From an uncultured delta proteobacterium (lineage in GTDB: Bacteria; Desulfobacterota; Binatia; UBA9968), in NCBI GenBank assembly GCA_963816145.1, contig CAWFJP010000008.1, positions 32,720 to 96,719 on the forward strand: a DNA stretch of 64,000 bases. The letters are read 5' to 3'. How positions within the stretch are numbered: position 1 is the first letter of the stretch; every line of letters starts with the position of its first letter. The notes beneath the pieces are model-generated. The model did no database searches and was not told the DNA's origin. It saw only the letters and a list, made by a program, of their open reading frames with translations. Both the position numbers and the translations under genes were made by a program. Shown one piece after another: positions 28,019 to 38,032 of this stretch.

Positions 28019-28951
28019 TTATTCGATCTCCCGGACAAGACGGAATCCGAGCGCCCGAAACCGAGCACCCGCGCGGAAAAGCCCGCGAGACGATGAACGT
28101 GCATCTCCGATGTAACTACCACCGCGCCGCACACGCCCGTCGCAGTCGCCATTGTGTTCCTTTTCCCAAGCCGATCCATCCGACGGCGCTCCTTGGTAAT
28201 TATCGTGCCAGCAATCCTGTACCCACTCCAATACGTTGCCGGCGGTATCGTAAAGGCCAAAGGAATTTGGCTTAAACGAACCTACCGGTACGGGCTGTTT
28301 GCTTCCCCACCGGCTGTCGCAGCCAATACAATTAGCAAAGCCTGGCTTCTTCTCGTTGCCCCACCAATAGACGGTCTCGGTTCCGCCGCGCGCGGCATAT
28401 TCCCACTCGGCCTCGGTCGGCAGCCGGTAGCGCTTGCCGGTTTGTTGCGATAACCACTCGGCATAGTCGACAGCATCGTACCAAGAGACTCTTATCACTG
28501 GCCTGCGGCCCCGACCAAAACCTTCGTCGTCCGGTATTTGGCGGCTGGTTGCCTTGGCAAACTCGTTGTATTGATCAAAAGTGATTTCATACCGGCTCAT
28601 TCCAAACGGTCTACTAATATGCACCTCGTGCACCGGTTGCTCATCTTTGGTGCCTTTACCCTGGATGTCGCCCATGCGGAATCTGCCCGCAGGAATGACA
28701 ATCATCTCAGGAGCGTCGGTTCCGTTTTTCAACCGGTCACGAAACACTTGTCCGGTTCTCAAACCAGGTCGCGCGGCCGATGAAACGGACAGCGTTGGCA
28801 AAAGCCCTGCTTCCGGCTCGCCAACCAGCAGCAAGCCCGCTCCAAGAAGAACCATTGAGCCTTTGCCCACTAACATCTCACTTAACCTTGTCTCTGGTAC
28901 GGCATACGCCCGAGAACAAATCCCGCAGGGTTTGTTCGTAGAAAAAACCAT
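28019..28951 (-). CDS. Formylglycine-generating enzyme (FGE-sulfatase/SUMF1) domain protein; start uncertain
   Basis: EMIVIPAGRFRMG, YRLPTEAEWEYAARGG, PNSFGLYDTAGNV.EW, RVRRGGS, GFRLVRE. Confidence 0.85.
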   Translation of the reverse strand: MVFSTNKPCGICSRAYAVPETRLSEMLVGKGSMVLLGAGLLLVGEPEAGLLPTLSVSSAARPGLRTGQVFRDRLKNGTDAPEMIVIPAGRFRMGDIQGKGTKDEQPVHEVHISRPFGMSRYEITFDQYNEFAKATSRQIPDDEGFGRGRRPVIRVSWYDAVDYAEWLSQQTGKRYRLPTEAEWEYAARGGTETVYWWGNEKKPGFANCIGCDSRWGSKQPVPVGSFKPNSFGLYDTAGNVLEWVQDCWHDNYQGAPSDGSAWEKEHNGDCDGRVRRGGSYIGDARSSSRGLFRAGARFRALGFRLVREIE

Positions 28952-29022
28952 TCACTTAGATTTGTAACGCCGTGCTCCGCCCAATATATTGCGCGTCGGT
29001 CCATTAAACGAAACCACTTCGC

Positions 29023-29110
29023 GGGCGGGGATTTAACCCCGCCCTGAAAAGGGGATGCTCGCCCCCTTTGGAAACCCCATTTAGTGTGCCCGCCTCAAGA
29101 GGCGGGTTAA
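29023..29110. repeat. REP/IS200-IS605-like double hairpin element
   Basis: GGGCGGGG-ATTTAA-CCCCGCCC and CCCGCCTC-AA-GAGGCGGG hairpins. Confidence 0.5.
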
Positions 29111-29186
29111 TGATAAAGTAGAGATGAAGCCTGAAGCCGGAACGTCCGCTTTTCTCTTCCCCGTTGGCGCGGCCTTTTCTTCGCCA

Positions 29187-29717
29187 TCATTCCTCCTTCT
29201 GGTAAACGCTGACCTCTATGGTGTGTCGTGAGTTGGCTATCAGCAGCTTGTATCGCATCGGTAGAGAATCGGACCGCGAGAGCAACGGAACATCGAAGAT
29301 GAGATATCCCTGTCTGCCGGCTCCTGGATTGAGCGGCTCGCCTGCCAAAATAGCCTTGTCAGAACGCCTGGCGCGGATCGCGGTCACATCGGTTCTCCCG
29401 CGGGAATCTTGAAGAGTGAAAGCGGGGATTTGCCGAGGACTGTCAGAATTGTTGAAAATATTAATGTCTACGAAGAGGAATATGCCTTGGGCGATGGTCT
29501 CGCCACGCGGGTAGGATGCGGATTTACGGAAGAAACTGTCTTTGACCTGAATCAGAAAAGGTCCGCCAAGGTCCGAGTGTGGGGTCCCTCTATAAGCGGG
29601 ATCATATACAGGGTCCAAATCGGGACGAGCTCGAGTGGGTTCCTGCGCTGTCGCTATAATTCCGATAGCAAGCCGTACTAGGATGACCACCGTCGATAAG
29701 ACAGCAGCTTTCTTCAT
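29187..29717 (-). CDS. Secreted protein, DUF4352-like
   Basis: Signal peptide ending ATAQEP; FLFVDINIFNNS, FTLQDSRGR, LNPG..RQGYLIFDVP. Confidence 0.6.
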   Translation of the reverse strand: MKKAAVLSTVVILVRLAIGIIATAQEPTRARPDLDPVYDPAYRGTPHSDLGGPFLIQVKDSFFRKSASYPRGETIAQGIFLFVDINIFNNSDSPRQIPAFTLQDSRGRTDVTAIRARRSDKAILAGEPLNPGAGRQGYLIFDVPLLSRSDSLPMRYKLLIANSRHTIEVSVYQKEE

Positions 29718-30017
29718 GGCCCACCTCTTTCTTGGCGCTACTTACCACGCGCAAGGTAGGTGTGAAAAGCGAACCCTCCGATTGTTGGAATTGTTTGAGT
29801 GTCTTGGGAAGCAGGTGTCGGACCGAAAGTGGACAGCGGAGATTCTGTTGACGGAGAATTCAGTTCAATCCTGGCACCATCGGTTGGTTATGCGATGGTT
29901 CACCTTGACCGCCCGCGCCATAACGGGCGTTGGCGGTGATTCTTTCAAGCAAAAATTCAAGCTATCACACTTCAGCGAGTTTCAGATGAGAGGGATTTCC
30001 TGGGAACGTCGCGCTTC

Positions 30018-31619
30018 CTAATCTCCAGTACGTTTCCAATCGCCGGTGCCGAACAGATCGCGACCGAGAAGCGTATAAAAAATGCCGACCGTGTCTCTAC
30101 TCTGGGTTGTCCTGCCTAGCTCGCGGGAATCCGAGTCACGCCGGGACAACTGATATCTTACCGAGACTGCATGCTCGCGATGAATGCGCCAGGTGATCGA
30201 TGCGTCGGCGCGTACGACGTTGTCGCGACGGCTATCGGATATATTTTTGACAAAGTATTCGCCGGCAGATAGGTCAAGGGCCGCCCGATCGCCCGCGATC
30301 AGCCGCAACGCCAAGTGTGCCTGCGGCGCACCGCCGTATTGATTCGCCTGCTCGTCGGAGATGCCATCAAGGTTACTGACGGCGGTGTAGCCGGCGCCCA
30401 GGAGAGCTGTTCCCTGCAGCCTAAGAAAATCGGAAAGTCGCCACTCGCCGGTCGTGCCGAGAGTGAGTGCCGTGCTCGCCAGGCGAAAAATCTGCGGCAC
30501 CATATAATTATAACCGCCGTAGATACCCCATATACTGCGATAGCTGTTGCCGATATCGAAAGTGGTTCCCAACAAGAGTCCGCGAGACGAGAAGCTCTCT
30601 AAACCAATCGCGGTCGATAGAGCCGCCTGAAAGGTGAAGTAGTCGAAAGGACGTTCGTATGTGTAGCCGGGCTTGCCAGGCAAACCATAATCGAGGGCAA
30701 AATCCAAAAGGCCTTCATTGATCTTCTTCGATGTACCAAAGCCGTCTTGGGTCCCAAACGCGATTCCGACCTGCACCCGGCTGTAATACTCAGGATCCTT
30801 ACTCGGAAATATACCCTTAAAACGTTCGCCGAAGGCGAGACGGTTAATGCCGACAGGCGGCGAGATTACCGCCCCCACGAGCTCGCGCAAAAAACTCGGT
30901 CCTATCTCCCGTCCGAGCCATAAGTTCGCCATGCGAAACAGCGCCTCGCCGAGGAAGCTGCCGCCGATTCCGCTACTGATCTGATCGTTTGTGGATGGCC
31001 GTTCGCGTTCCCCGGCTATCTCCCAGATCACGCTCGCGACGGAAGTGTAGCCCACACCTTCCCAATAACTCAACCCGGAGGCTCGCGCGAAACCATGGTA
31101 CATGCTTCCTTTATAGGTGTGCCCCAGCTGATTGATCGCGAAGCTGTCACTGTCGGTCTGCCAGCTTCGGTGCAAGTTGCGTTCGATGGTCGAGAAATTG
31201 GTATTGTAATCGCAGCAGCCAAAGACGCCGCGGCTCATAAGATTCAGCCACAGTTCAAAGCCGAGGACTTCCAGAGTTGGGATAAGGTAACTTTTTTGTG
31301 AGCCCCAGGGCGGCGTCGACATCGTGAGATTAACATTATTTGTGGCAAGCGAGGGCGGGTTGGCTATTTGCGCCATCAATGATGTTCCGCTGAGGAGGAG
31401 AGGGGAATTGGCACGCTGGGCATCCGGATTAAGAGTAAAGTTTGCTTTGTTTAGGAAAGTTGTGGGTCCAGATCGTTCGGGCTCGACGACGGCCGGCATA
31501 TCGAGCGCCCCAAGTTCGTTAGCGAAAGCTGCGCATGGCAACAGGATCAAGATCAGGACGATATAGATCTGCGCCTGCCCGCTACCTTTATAACCAAACC
31601 ATAGTTTTTTTCTCGTCAT
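30018..31619 (-). CDS. DUF3943-like outer-envelope protein
   Basis: W..D.D.F.INQLGH.Y.GS.YHGFAR.SGL..WE and WE.AGE.E.PS.ND motifs; beta-rich C-terminus. Confidence 0.7.
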   Translation of the reverse strand: MTRKKLWFGYKGSGQAQIYIVLILILLPCAAFANELGALDMPAVVEPERSGPTTFLNKANFTLNPDAQRANSPLLLSGTSLMAQIANPPSLATNNVNLTMSTPPWGSQKSYLIPTLEVLGFELWLNLMSRGVFGCCDYNTNFSTIERNLHRSWQTDSDSFAINQLGHTYKGSMYHGFARASGLSYWEGVGYTSVASVIWEIAGERERPSTNDQISSGIGGSFLGEALFRMANLWLGREIGPSFLRELVGAVISPPVGINRLAFGERFKGIFPSKDPEYYSRVQVGIAFGTQDGFGTSKKINEGLLDFALDYGLPGKPGYTYERPFDYFTFQAALSTAIGLESFSSRGLLLGTTFDIGNSYRSIWGIYGGYNYMVPQIFRLASTALTLGTTGEWRLSDFLRLQGTALLGAGYTAVSNLDGISDEQANQYGGAPQAHLALRLIAGDRAALDLSAGEYFVKNISDSRRDNVVRADASITWRIHREHAVSVRYQLSRRDSDSRELGRTTQSRDTVGIFYTLLGRDLFGTGDWKRTGD

Positions 31620-31914
31620 TGTTCGCAGTCACCGATCGAACCCTAACTGGAGCGCTTCAGCCGTCAATCTACCGGCAAACACTCCGACGACGACTAGCAT
31701 TGATAAAAGAGCAGCTTTCTTACCGTATTTGTAGAAGTTTCTACTTATCATACACTTATCATATCACATGACGAGCTGGTTTCGTCAGGAACACCAAGAC
31801 CGAAATTTATCAGGGTTCGAAAATTTCCGGGCTGGTCGTTTCTGGATTCCGGTTTCGGATAGAGCGTGCGACCGGCGCTTGCTAGCGTCGGAACAACCGC
31901 CCATTCCTTGTCAT

Positions 31915-33603
31915 CTATGTAGTCGTCACGTCGATGATCGCCACCTTGCCGCCTCGGTTGGCTTCCAGGCCGCGCTTGAGCGCATCCTGGAGCTTTTCCG
32001 GATCCGACACCTGCTCGCCGTAGCCACCGACGGATTCGGCGACCTTCACGAAGTCGGGCGCTTTGATATGAGTGCCGTGATAGAGATCGATTTCCGCGGC
32101 GATCCCATCCGGATACATCTTCTGATGCATGCCCTGCATCGCAGCGTATTTCTTGTTATTAAAAATTACCGCCATGATCGGCAGTTTGTAATCGCGCGCC
32201 GCGCCGAGGCTGCCGAGCGCCGGGTTGTACAAGAACGCGCCGTCGCCGATCAGCGTCACGACCTGCCGTTCCGGCTTTCCCAGCTTGATCCCGAGCGAAA
32301 GACCCAATCCCTGTCCGAGACCGCCCTGGCGGGTGAACAGGCACTGTGGGTCGTTCCATACGAGGTGTTGCCGCAGAGTGGCGGTGTGCGTGGTGACCTC
32401 ATCGATGTAGATCGTATCTTTGGGCAGCACGGCGTTCAGCGAGGCGCAAAGCCAGATGGGATCGATGGGTGTCTTCTTGTGCGCCGCCGCCTGCGCTGCA
32501 TTCCTTTTCTCGACGAGCGCATCATGCGCAGCGGCGAGCTCCTTGCGTCTTGCCTCCACGGCAGCCTTATCGATACTGGCGGCATCGGCAAGATCGCGCA
32601 GCGTCTGGGCGACATTGCCTTCCAGGTACATGTCGGCCTGGTGGCTCTGGTAGGCCATGGCCGAATTATGCGGCGCCTCGTCGACCATCCCGACCACGGC
32701 CTTGGGCGGGCGGTTGCTCGGCGGATACCACGGGACGCGCGCGCGCACGACGATCGCGAGATCCATGTCGTTCCAGAACGGTTTGATGTCGGTGCCTTGA
32801 TAGAGCGGATGATCCTTGGGGAAGTTGGCGAACAGGGCGCCGGGCTTCTCGACTACAGGCAGAGCAAACTTCTCGCACAGCGCGACCAGAGCCTCGTAGG
32901 TTTCGACCTCCTGGCCGGCGCCCTCGGTGAGCACGACCGGATGCTTCGCCTTGGAGATTTGGGCGGCGAGCTTTTCGATGTCTTCCGGCGCACTCAGCAG
33001 ACGTGGCGCGGGCGAGACCGTGCGCGGATTGGCCGGGGGCGTCCAGCCATCCATCAACGTTTCAGTCGAAACGGACAGGTAAGTGGGCCCGGTCGGCTGC
33101 CGCTGCGCCAGCTCGCCGGCGCGGATGACGCTTTCATAGAGCGTGTGGACGCTGCCCGCGACCGAAGTGTATTTGACGATCGCATTGACCAGGTGGGTCG
33201 TGCCGCCTGGGATGCTGAGGTTGCCTATCCACTGCGCGCCCGGATCGAACTCCGGCTGCTCGCCATAGGTCATCGACTCTCCGGAGATCACCACCATCGG
33301 CACTCCGGTGACAAAGGCGCCGTGGATGCCCATGGCGCCCTGCAAGAGGCCGGCGCCCGCGTGCAGCAATACCGCCTGCATCCGCCCCGTGGCCAGCGTG
33401 TATCCCGCCGCGATGTCGACCGCGAGCGTTTCGTGCCATACGTCCAGGAGCTTGGGGCCCTCCTTTTTCCGGTGGATCTGGTCGGCCATGGCTTCCCAGA
33501 CGGGCGCCCACTCGGTGCCGGGCGAGGACAGGATGTATTCAACTCCGAGCTTGCGGAATGCTTCGACTAAGGCGCTGCCGCCGTCGAACTGGTTCTTTTT
33601 CAT
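31915..33603 (-). CDS. Thiamine pyrophosphate-binding enzyme (benzoylformate decarboxylase/ALS-like)
   Basis: SPGTEW, HE..AV..A.GY, and GDGAFLYN...IFNN TPP motif. Confidence 0.9.
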   Translation of the reverse strand: MKKNQFDGGSALVEAFRKLGVEYILSSPGTEWAPVWEAMADQIHRKKEGPKLLDVWHETLAVDIAAGYTLATGRMQAVLLHAGAGLLQGAMGIHGAFVTGVPMVVISGESMTYGEQPEFDPGAQWIGNLSIPGGTTHLVNAIVKYTSVAGSVHTLYESVIRAGELAQRQPTGPTYLSVSTETLMDGWTPPANPRTVSPAPRLLSAPEDIEKLAAQISKAKHPVVLTEGAGQEVETYEALVALCEKFALPVVEKPGALFANFPKDHPLYQGTDIKPFWNDMDLAIVVRARVPWYPPSNRPPKAVVGMVDEAPHNSAMAYQSHQADMYLEGNVAQTLRDLADAASIDKAAVEARRKELAAAHDALVEKRNAAQAAAHKKTPIDPIWLCASLNAVLPKDTIYIDEVTTHTATLRQHLVWNDPQCLFTRQGGLGQGLGLSLGIKLGKPERQVVTLIGDGAFLYNPALGSLGAARDYKLPIMAVIFNNKKYAAMQGMHQKMYPDGIAAEIDLYHGTHIKAPDFVKVAESVGGYGEQVSDPEKLQDALKRGLEANRGGKVAIIDVTTT

Positions 33604-34051
33604 GGTTGATCTCCTCGAATGGCTATTTGTGGCGCGGAGCGTATCACGCCTGTACGCTCAAGACCACCAACGGACTGCTGATATCAATCCTGAAGCAGCG
33701 CTGTCAAGCGACAAAGGGGTTGTGTTTACTCCAAGATTCTACTGATCGGATTGGATTTAGTCTGAATGCGCGCGGATAACGATCGGGCGAAAGAAATCCG
33801 TTTCATGCGCATCCCGGTCAATATCCCGAAGGAACTGTGCGTTAAGTGAAACGACAATATTTGTCCTAGCGGCTAATTTCACAGGATTTGTCAGATGGAG
33901 GAAGCGCAACTTGCCGAACTAAAATTTTTGCTACTCACTCGGCAACTAATTTTTGGCTGATAGCGAATTTTAAGACCCCTCTATCTTAAAAAACCGGGCC
34001 TCGCCGACGTTTTTACCGCGATGCAAATGTATTCCTCCACTCTTCATCGAC

Positions 34052-34084
34052 TTGAACGGCTTGAACGTTTTGAACGATTGGAAC
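34052..34084. repeat. Solo arm of family A element
   Basis: TTGAACGGCTTGAACGTTTTGAACGATTGGAAC. Confidence 0.7.
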
Positions 34085-34107
34085 CAGCGGCGGCCAAGCC
34101 GCTGAAG

Positions 34108-35553
34108 CTATGCCCAGTACGTCGTCCGGTCGATGGGAATATGCTGCAAGATTTCTCCCGGCACGAAATCTTCCAGCTTGATCCGCGCCATCGCTTCGTC
34201 GGGACACTTCGACACCGGCGAAAACGGCCGGTCCAGCGGCTTGGTCGCGTCGACGATCATGCAGGAAGTCTTGATCTCGTCCGCCAACGACGGATCGAGC
34301 ATATTGCCGCGGAAGATCGGCGGCGTGATGGAAATTTGCAGGTGGGGTTGGACCCGAGTGGCGATGGCCCAGAGCACATCGGTCGGATCGAAGACGTCGA
34401 TATCGTCGTCGAAGACGAAAACATTCTTCGCGTGATCGAAGGTCAGCGCCGCGGCGGCGGCCCGTCCCGGATCGCCTTCGGACAGTTTTTTCATGGAAAT
34501 AAAAATGTTGTAGTTCGCCTGGCGGCCGAGCTTGCATACTGCCGTGACTCCCGGCACCGCCTCGCGGCAGCGCCGCAGGTACGCGCCCTCGCGTGGTAGA
34601 TCCATCCAGGGTTTGTCGCCTTCCGGCGTGATCACCGACTGGTACATGGCACCCTTGCGATAGTTGATCGCCCGGACCTCGTACTCGACACAGCGAACGT
34701 AGCGCTGCGGCCCGAGATAACCCGGCGCTTCGCCGAACGGGCCCTCGACGACCCGCTTGCCGGGAATCAAAGCACCTTCGATGACGATTTCGGCGTCGGC
34801 GGGAATCAGCAAATCGTCACCCCAGGTCTCCGAAGGCGTCAGCCGCAGCGGCTCGCGCAGATAACCGCCGATAATATCGAACTCGCTCACTTCGAACGGG
34901 CCGGTGTAGCACGCGCCGATGTGATAGGCCGGATGGTGTCCCATCACCGTCGCCACTGGACATTCGAGTCCTTGTTTTTCGTAGTCGAGATACATGCGCC
35001 ATAAATGGCGCGGCGATGCGTAGAGCGCCGTGTGCCGGGGCGATTTGATCTCCATGCGGTGGTACGAGCAGTTGTAGATACCGCTCTTGCGATCTTTGGC
35101 GATGGTCGACAGCGTGCTATAGGGACCGCCGTCCATCTCGTAGTGGCGCATGAACGGCAGCTGATACAGATCGACGTCGGCGCCGCGCTTCACGTTGTGC
35201 TTTACCGGCGCGTCTTTTTTGTCGATGACGATCGGCGGGATCGGATTGGCTTCTCGTTCCAGACACGCTTCGGCCATCTCGCTGCGCGTCAGCGTGCGCG
35301 GCATACCGAGGGCGATCTGGGTTTTTCGCTGGGAGATTTCGCAGTTGAGCACAAGCGGAAAGTCGCTCACTGCGCCGTGGAGATTGAGCGGCTTATCGAA
35401 AATCGCGATGGGAAATTTTTTCTGCGCGCCGAGATGCTTGATGATCGCCGTGGCATCATAATGCGCCGGGTCGATGGTCTTGCCGATATGAACCACTTCG
35501 TTAGGAATCTCGCGGCGGCATTCTTCGAGAAACGTGCTCAAGCTCTTCGGCAT
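34108..35553 (-). CDS. UbiD family (prFMN-dependent) decarboxylase
   Basis: Start moved to MPKSLS; DGGPY, YNCSYHR, AEIVIEG, EGPFGE..GY, DDDIDVFD...V.WAIATR. Confidence 0.9.
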   Translation of the reverse strand: MPKSLSTFLEECRREIPNEVVHIGKTIDPAHYDATAIIKHLGAQKKFPIAIFDKPLNLHGAVSDFPLVLNCEISQRKTQIALGMPRTLTRSEMAEACLEREANPIPPIVIDKKDAPVKHNVKRGADVDLYQLPFMRHYEMDGGPYSTLSTIAKDRKSGIYNCSYHRMEIKSPRHTALYASPRHLWRMYLDYEKQGLECPVATVMGHHPAYHIGACYTGPFEVSEFDIIGGYLREPLRLTPSETWGDDLLIPADAEIVIEGALIPGKRVVEGPFGEAPGYLGPQRYVRCVEYEVRAINYRKGAMYQSVITPEGDKPWMDLPREGAYLRRCREAVPGVTAVCKLGRQANYNIFISMKKLSEGDPGRAAAAALTFDHAKNVFVFDDDIDVFDPTDVLWAIATRVQPHLQISITPPIFRGNMLDPSLADEIKTSCMIVDATKPLDRPFSPVSKCPDEAMARIKLEDFVPGEILQHIPIDRTTYWA

Positions 35554-35583
35554 GGGATCCCCGAGGCATTGAAGAATTATGTT

Positions 35584-35666
35584 TTCACCACGAAGGCACG
35601 AAGGGCACGAAGGTTTTGGATAATTTGAACTCCGAACTTCGTGATCTTCGTGTCCTTCGTGGTGAA
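35584..35666. repeat. Family B 9-nt-period inverted repeat
   Basis: TTCACCACGAAG..CACGAAG ... CTTCGTGTCCTTCGTGGTGAA. Confidence 0.85.
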
Positions 35667-35678
35667 GTATCCGACTCT

Positions 35679-36683
35679 CTACTTCGCGGGATAGCGCTTC
35701 GCCATCTCGGTGAAGAAGCCTTCCTTGTCCAACTCCTGCAAGAAGCTCATGTCGACGAACTGTTCCGGCTTGGCCGTCTTTGCCTGCGGCATGGTCGGCG
35801 CTAGGCGGTCCAGGAGAAATTGCAAACCCTTCAAAGTCGGATACGGCCGCTTCGGCGTTGTTGTGACGTAGGCTTGATAAGAAGTCTCCAACACTTCGGC
35901 GTCGTTGGTACGCATATATTTGCCGAAGACTCTCTGGGTTTCCTTCTTGTTGCTGAAAATAAAGTTGATGCCTTCGATGTAACCCTTGAGCGCCGACTTG
36001 ACGACATCGCGGTTGCTTTTGATATAAGCGCGAGTGGTCGCCATGCCATTGCCTTGCACTTCGACTTTCAAATCGGGAATGCGTACCAGCTCGACCAAGC
36101 CCATGCGCTTGGCAATTGGCAATGTCGACGAGTTGAAGATGCCGGCGTCGATTTTGTTCGCCGACATGGCGGCGATGCGCTCGGCGTCGGGTCCACCGGG
36201 AACCAGTTGCCAATCCTTTTCAGGATCGATTTTGAGATGCTGCGCAAGAATGATCGCCGCGAAGTGCGTCGCCGCGCCGTAGCCGCTGATGCCGATGCGT
36301 TTGCCCTTCAACTGTTCGAGCCGGGTAATTTCCGGTCGGGCGAAAACGGTAGAGTCGTAATAGATTTCCACGCCGGCGATCAGCACGAGATCATGGCCCG
36401 CCAGCGAGGCTTGAACAACTTGGCCGATGCTCATCAGCGGCGGATCACCGCTCGCCAGAGCTTGGATCGCCATCTGTCCGCCGCGCAGAAAAATCGGCTC
36501 GACGTCGAGGCCGTATTTCTTGAAAATCCCCTCGTCCTTGGCCACCCAGATATGACCCTGGCGAAAACCAAGCGACGGATAGCCGAAGCGAACTTTCTTC
36601 AGCTCCTGGGCACTGGAAACGCCCGCCCATGCCAAGTAAAGACCGATAGCTAATGCTGGGACCAATGGCCTTGGCAACTTCAT
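35679..36683 (-). CDS. ABC substrate-binding protein, NMT1/SsuA/THI5-like
   Basis: Signal peptide; WVAKDEG.FKKYGLDVE; LKGKRIGIS. Confidence 0.85.
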   Translation of the reverse strand: MKLPRPLVPALAIGLYLAWAGVSSAQELKKVRFGYPSLGFRQGHIWVAKDEGIFKKYGLDVEPIFLRGGQMAIQALASGDPPLMSIGQVVQASLAGHDLVLIAGVEIYYDSTVFARPEITRLEQLKGKRIGISGYGAATHFAAIILAQHLKIDPEKDWQLVPGGPDAERIAAMSANKIDAGIFNSSTLPIAKRMGLVELVRIPDLKVEVQGNGMATTRAYIKSNRDVVKSALKGYIEGINFIFSNKKETQRVFGKYMRTNDAEVLETSYQAYVTTTPKRPYPTLKGLQFLLDRLAPTMPQAKTAKPEQFVDMSFLQELDKEGFFTEMAKRYPAK

Positions 36684-36734
36684 CGCCGTGACTCCGATCA
36701 TTCTTTATCTGCTACGGACTGCCATTAACATGCG

Positions 36735-36784
36735 CCCCCACCTCTTTCCTCCCCCGCTTGCGGGGGCGGATGAAGGAGGGGGAT
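36735..36784. repeat. Family A core hairpin without arms
   Basis: CCCCCACCTCTTTCCTCCCCCGC-TT-GCGGGGGCGGATGAAGGAGGGGG. Confidence 0.7.
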
Positions 36785-36807
36785 CTTTGCCGCCAATCAA
36801 ACCAGCT

Positions 36808-37824
36808 CTATAACCCAAAAATCTCCCGGAACTCTTTGATCGTCGCGTTGAACTGGGCGCCGGTTTCCAACGGATTGGTCACCAGCTTTAACTTCGACTG
36901 CTCCATGCGCGGCGAAAAGGGTTCGATATCCGGACGTGCGGGGATGCGCCGCAGGGTGCGCAGCCGCTGCTGCGCCGGCTTGGACAATAAAAAGTCGACG
37001 AACAAACGCGCCACGTTGGGGTGTTGCGGTTTGTTGCTGATACCCGCCGAGTTGAGAGTGACCACCAATGGATTCACCGTGTTGACCCATTCGATCGGCG
37101 CGCCGCGGGTTTTCATCTCCTCGGTGCGATGCGCATAGACCACGCCCAAGGGAAATTCGCCGGCGGACATTAGCTGGGCGATCAGGGTATGGCCCTTGCG
37201 CCACTGAATGTCTTGCTTGGCGATCGCCCGCATATACTTCTGCGCCCGTTCGCGGCCCCAGGCTTTGTGTAGCGTACCAAACCAGGAGTACTGCTCCTGG
37301 TCGATGGAAATCTTGCTCTTCCACTTGGGGTCGAGCAAATCTTCCCACTGTTTGGGCGCTTCCTTCTCGCTGACCAACTTCGTGTTATAGCCGATGGTCG
37401 CATAGTTGACATAAACCGCCGTCCAGTAGCCGTTGGCATCCTTGAATTCGGGAATGTAGCTGCGCGCCTCCGGCGAGCGATAGGGCATCAACAGTTTAGC
37501 GTCCATCAACGCGTCGACCTCACTGATGGTCACGACATCGTAGTCCCAACGGCCGGCGCGGCCTTCGGTGACAATCCGGTTCAGCGTTTTCTCGCCGCTG
37601 GCGCGAAAGATCTCGCCCTTGATGCCATAGGTTTTTTCAAAATCGTCGAGCAGCGGCTTCGACTCGGTCACGTTGGTCGAAGTGTACCAAACCAGCTTGC
37701 CTTCTTTCTTCGCCGCCTCGATCGATTTGTTGCGGTCGTCGCCCTGACTCCACGCAAGACTGGCCGTCAATAACAAAGCAATTGCCGCTAGGCCAATCCG
37801 ACCACACGTATCAATCATCGTCAT
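36808..37824 (-). CDS. Extracellular solute-binding protein (AfuA/Fe3+-like cluster)
   Basis: AAKKEGKLVWYTS, YNT.LV...EAPK.WEDLLDPKWK, HPN.ARLFVDFLLS. Confidence 0.85.
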   Translation of the reverse strand: MTMIDTCGRIGLAAIALLLTASLAWSQGDDRNKSIEAAKKEGKLVWYTSTNVTESKPLLDDFEKTYGIKGEIFRASGEKTLNRIVTEGRAGRWDYDVVTISEVDALMDAKLLMPYRSPEARSYIPEFKDANGYWTAVYVNYATIGYNTKLVSEKEAPKQWEDLLDPKWKSKISIDQEQYSWFGTLHKAWGRERAQKYMRAIAKQDIQWRKGHTLIAQLMSAGEFPLGVVYAHRTEEMKTRGAPIEWVNTVNPLVVTLNSAGISNKPQHPNVARLFVDFLLSKPAQQRLRTLRRIPARPDIEPFSPRMEQSKLKLVTNPLETGAQFNATIKEFREIFGL

Positions 37825-38032
37825 GCTATTCCTCCGCCAAATTTACGATCTCCCCAATTGCGCCCAATCACGCAAGCACGGCGGAGTATAAGACAAAGAT
37901 AGGTTAAGTCAATTTCACCTTCAGAGGGTGTCCAACCTGGCAAGTTGCGGCTTGAATCTCAAATTGTTCGGGCGAATCGATGGCAAGTATCAGAGTTCCG
38001 CCGCGATCCGACGGCGGCAGCAATCGGCGCGC

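Noticed and set aside
31768-33570. 600-aa plus-strand ORF
   Set aside because: Antisense shadow of the TPP enzyme; no family motifs; typical of high-GC codon bias
35554-36213. Long N-terminal extension of UbiD (701-aa ORF)
   Set aside because: Overlaps the upstream binding-protein gene in another frame and crosses a family B repeat (HHEGHEDHE is repeat-derived)
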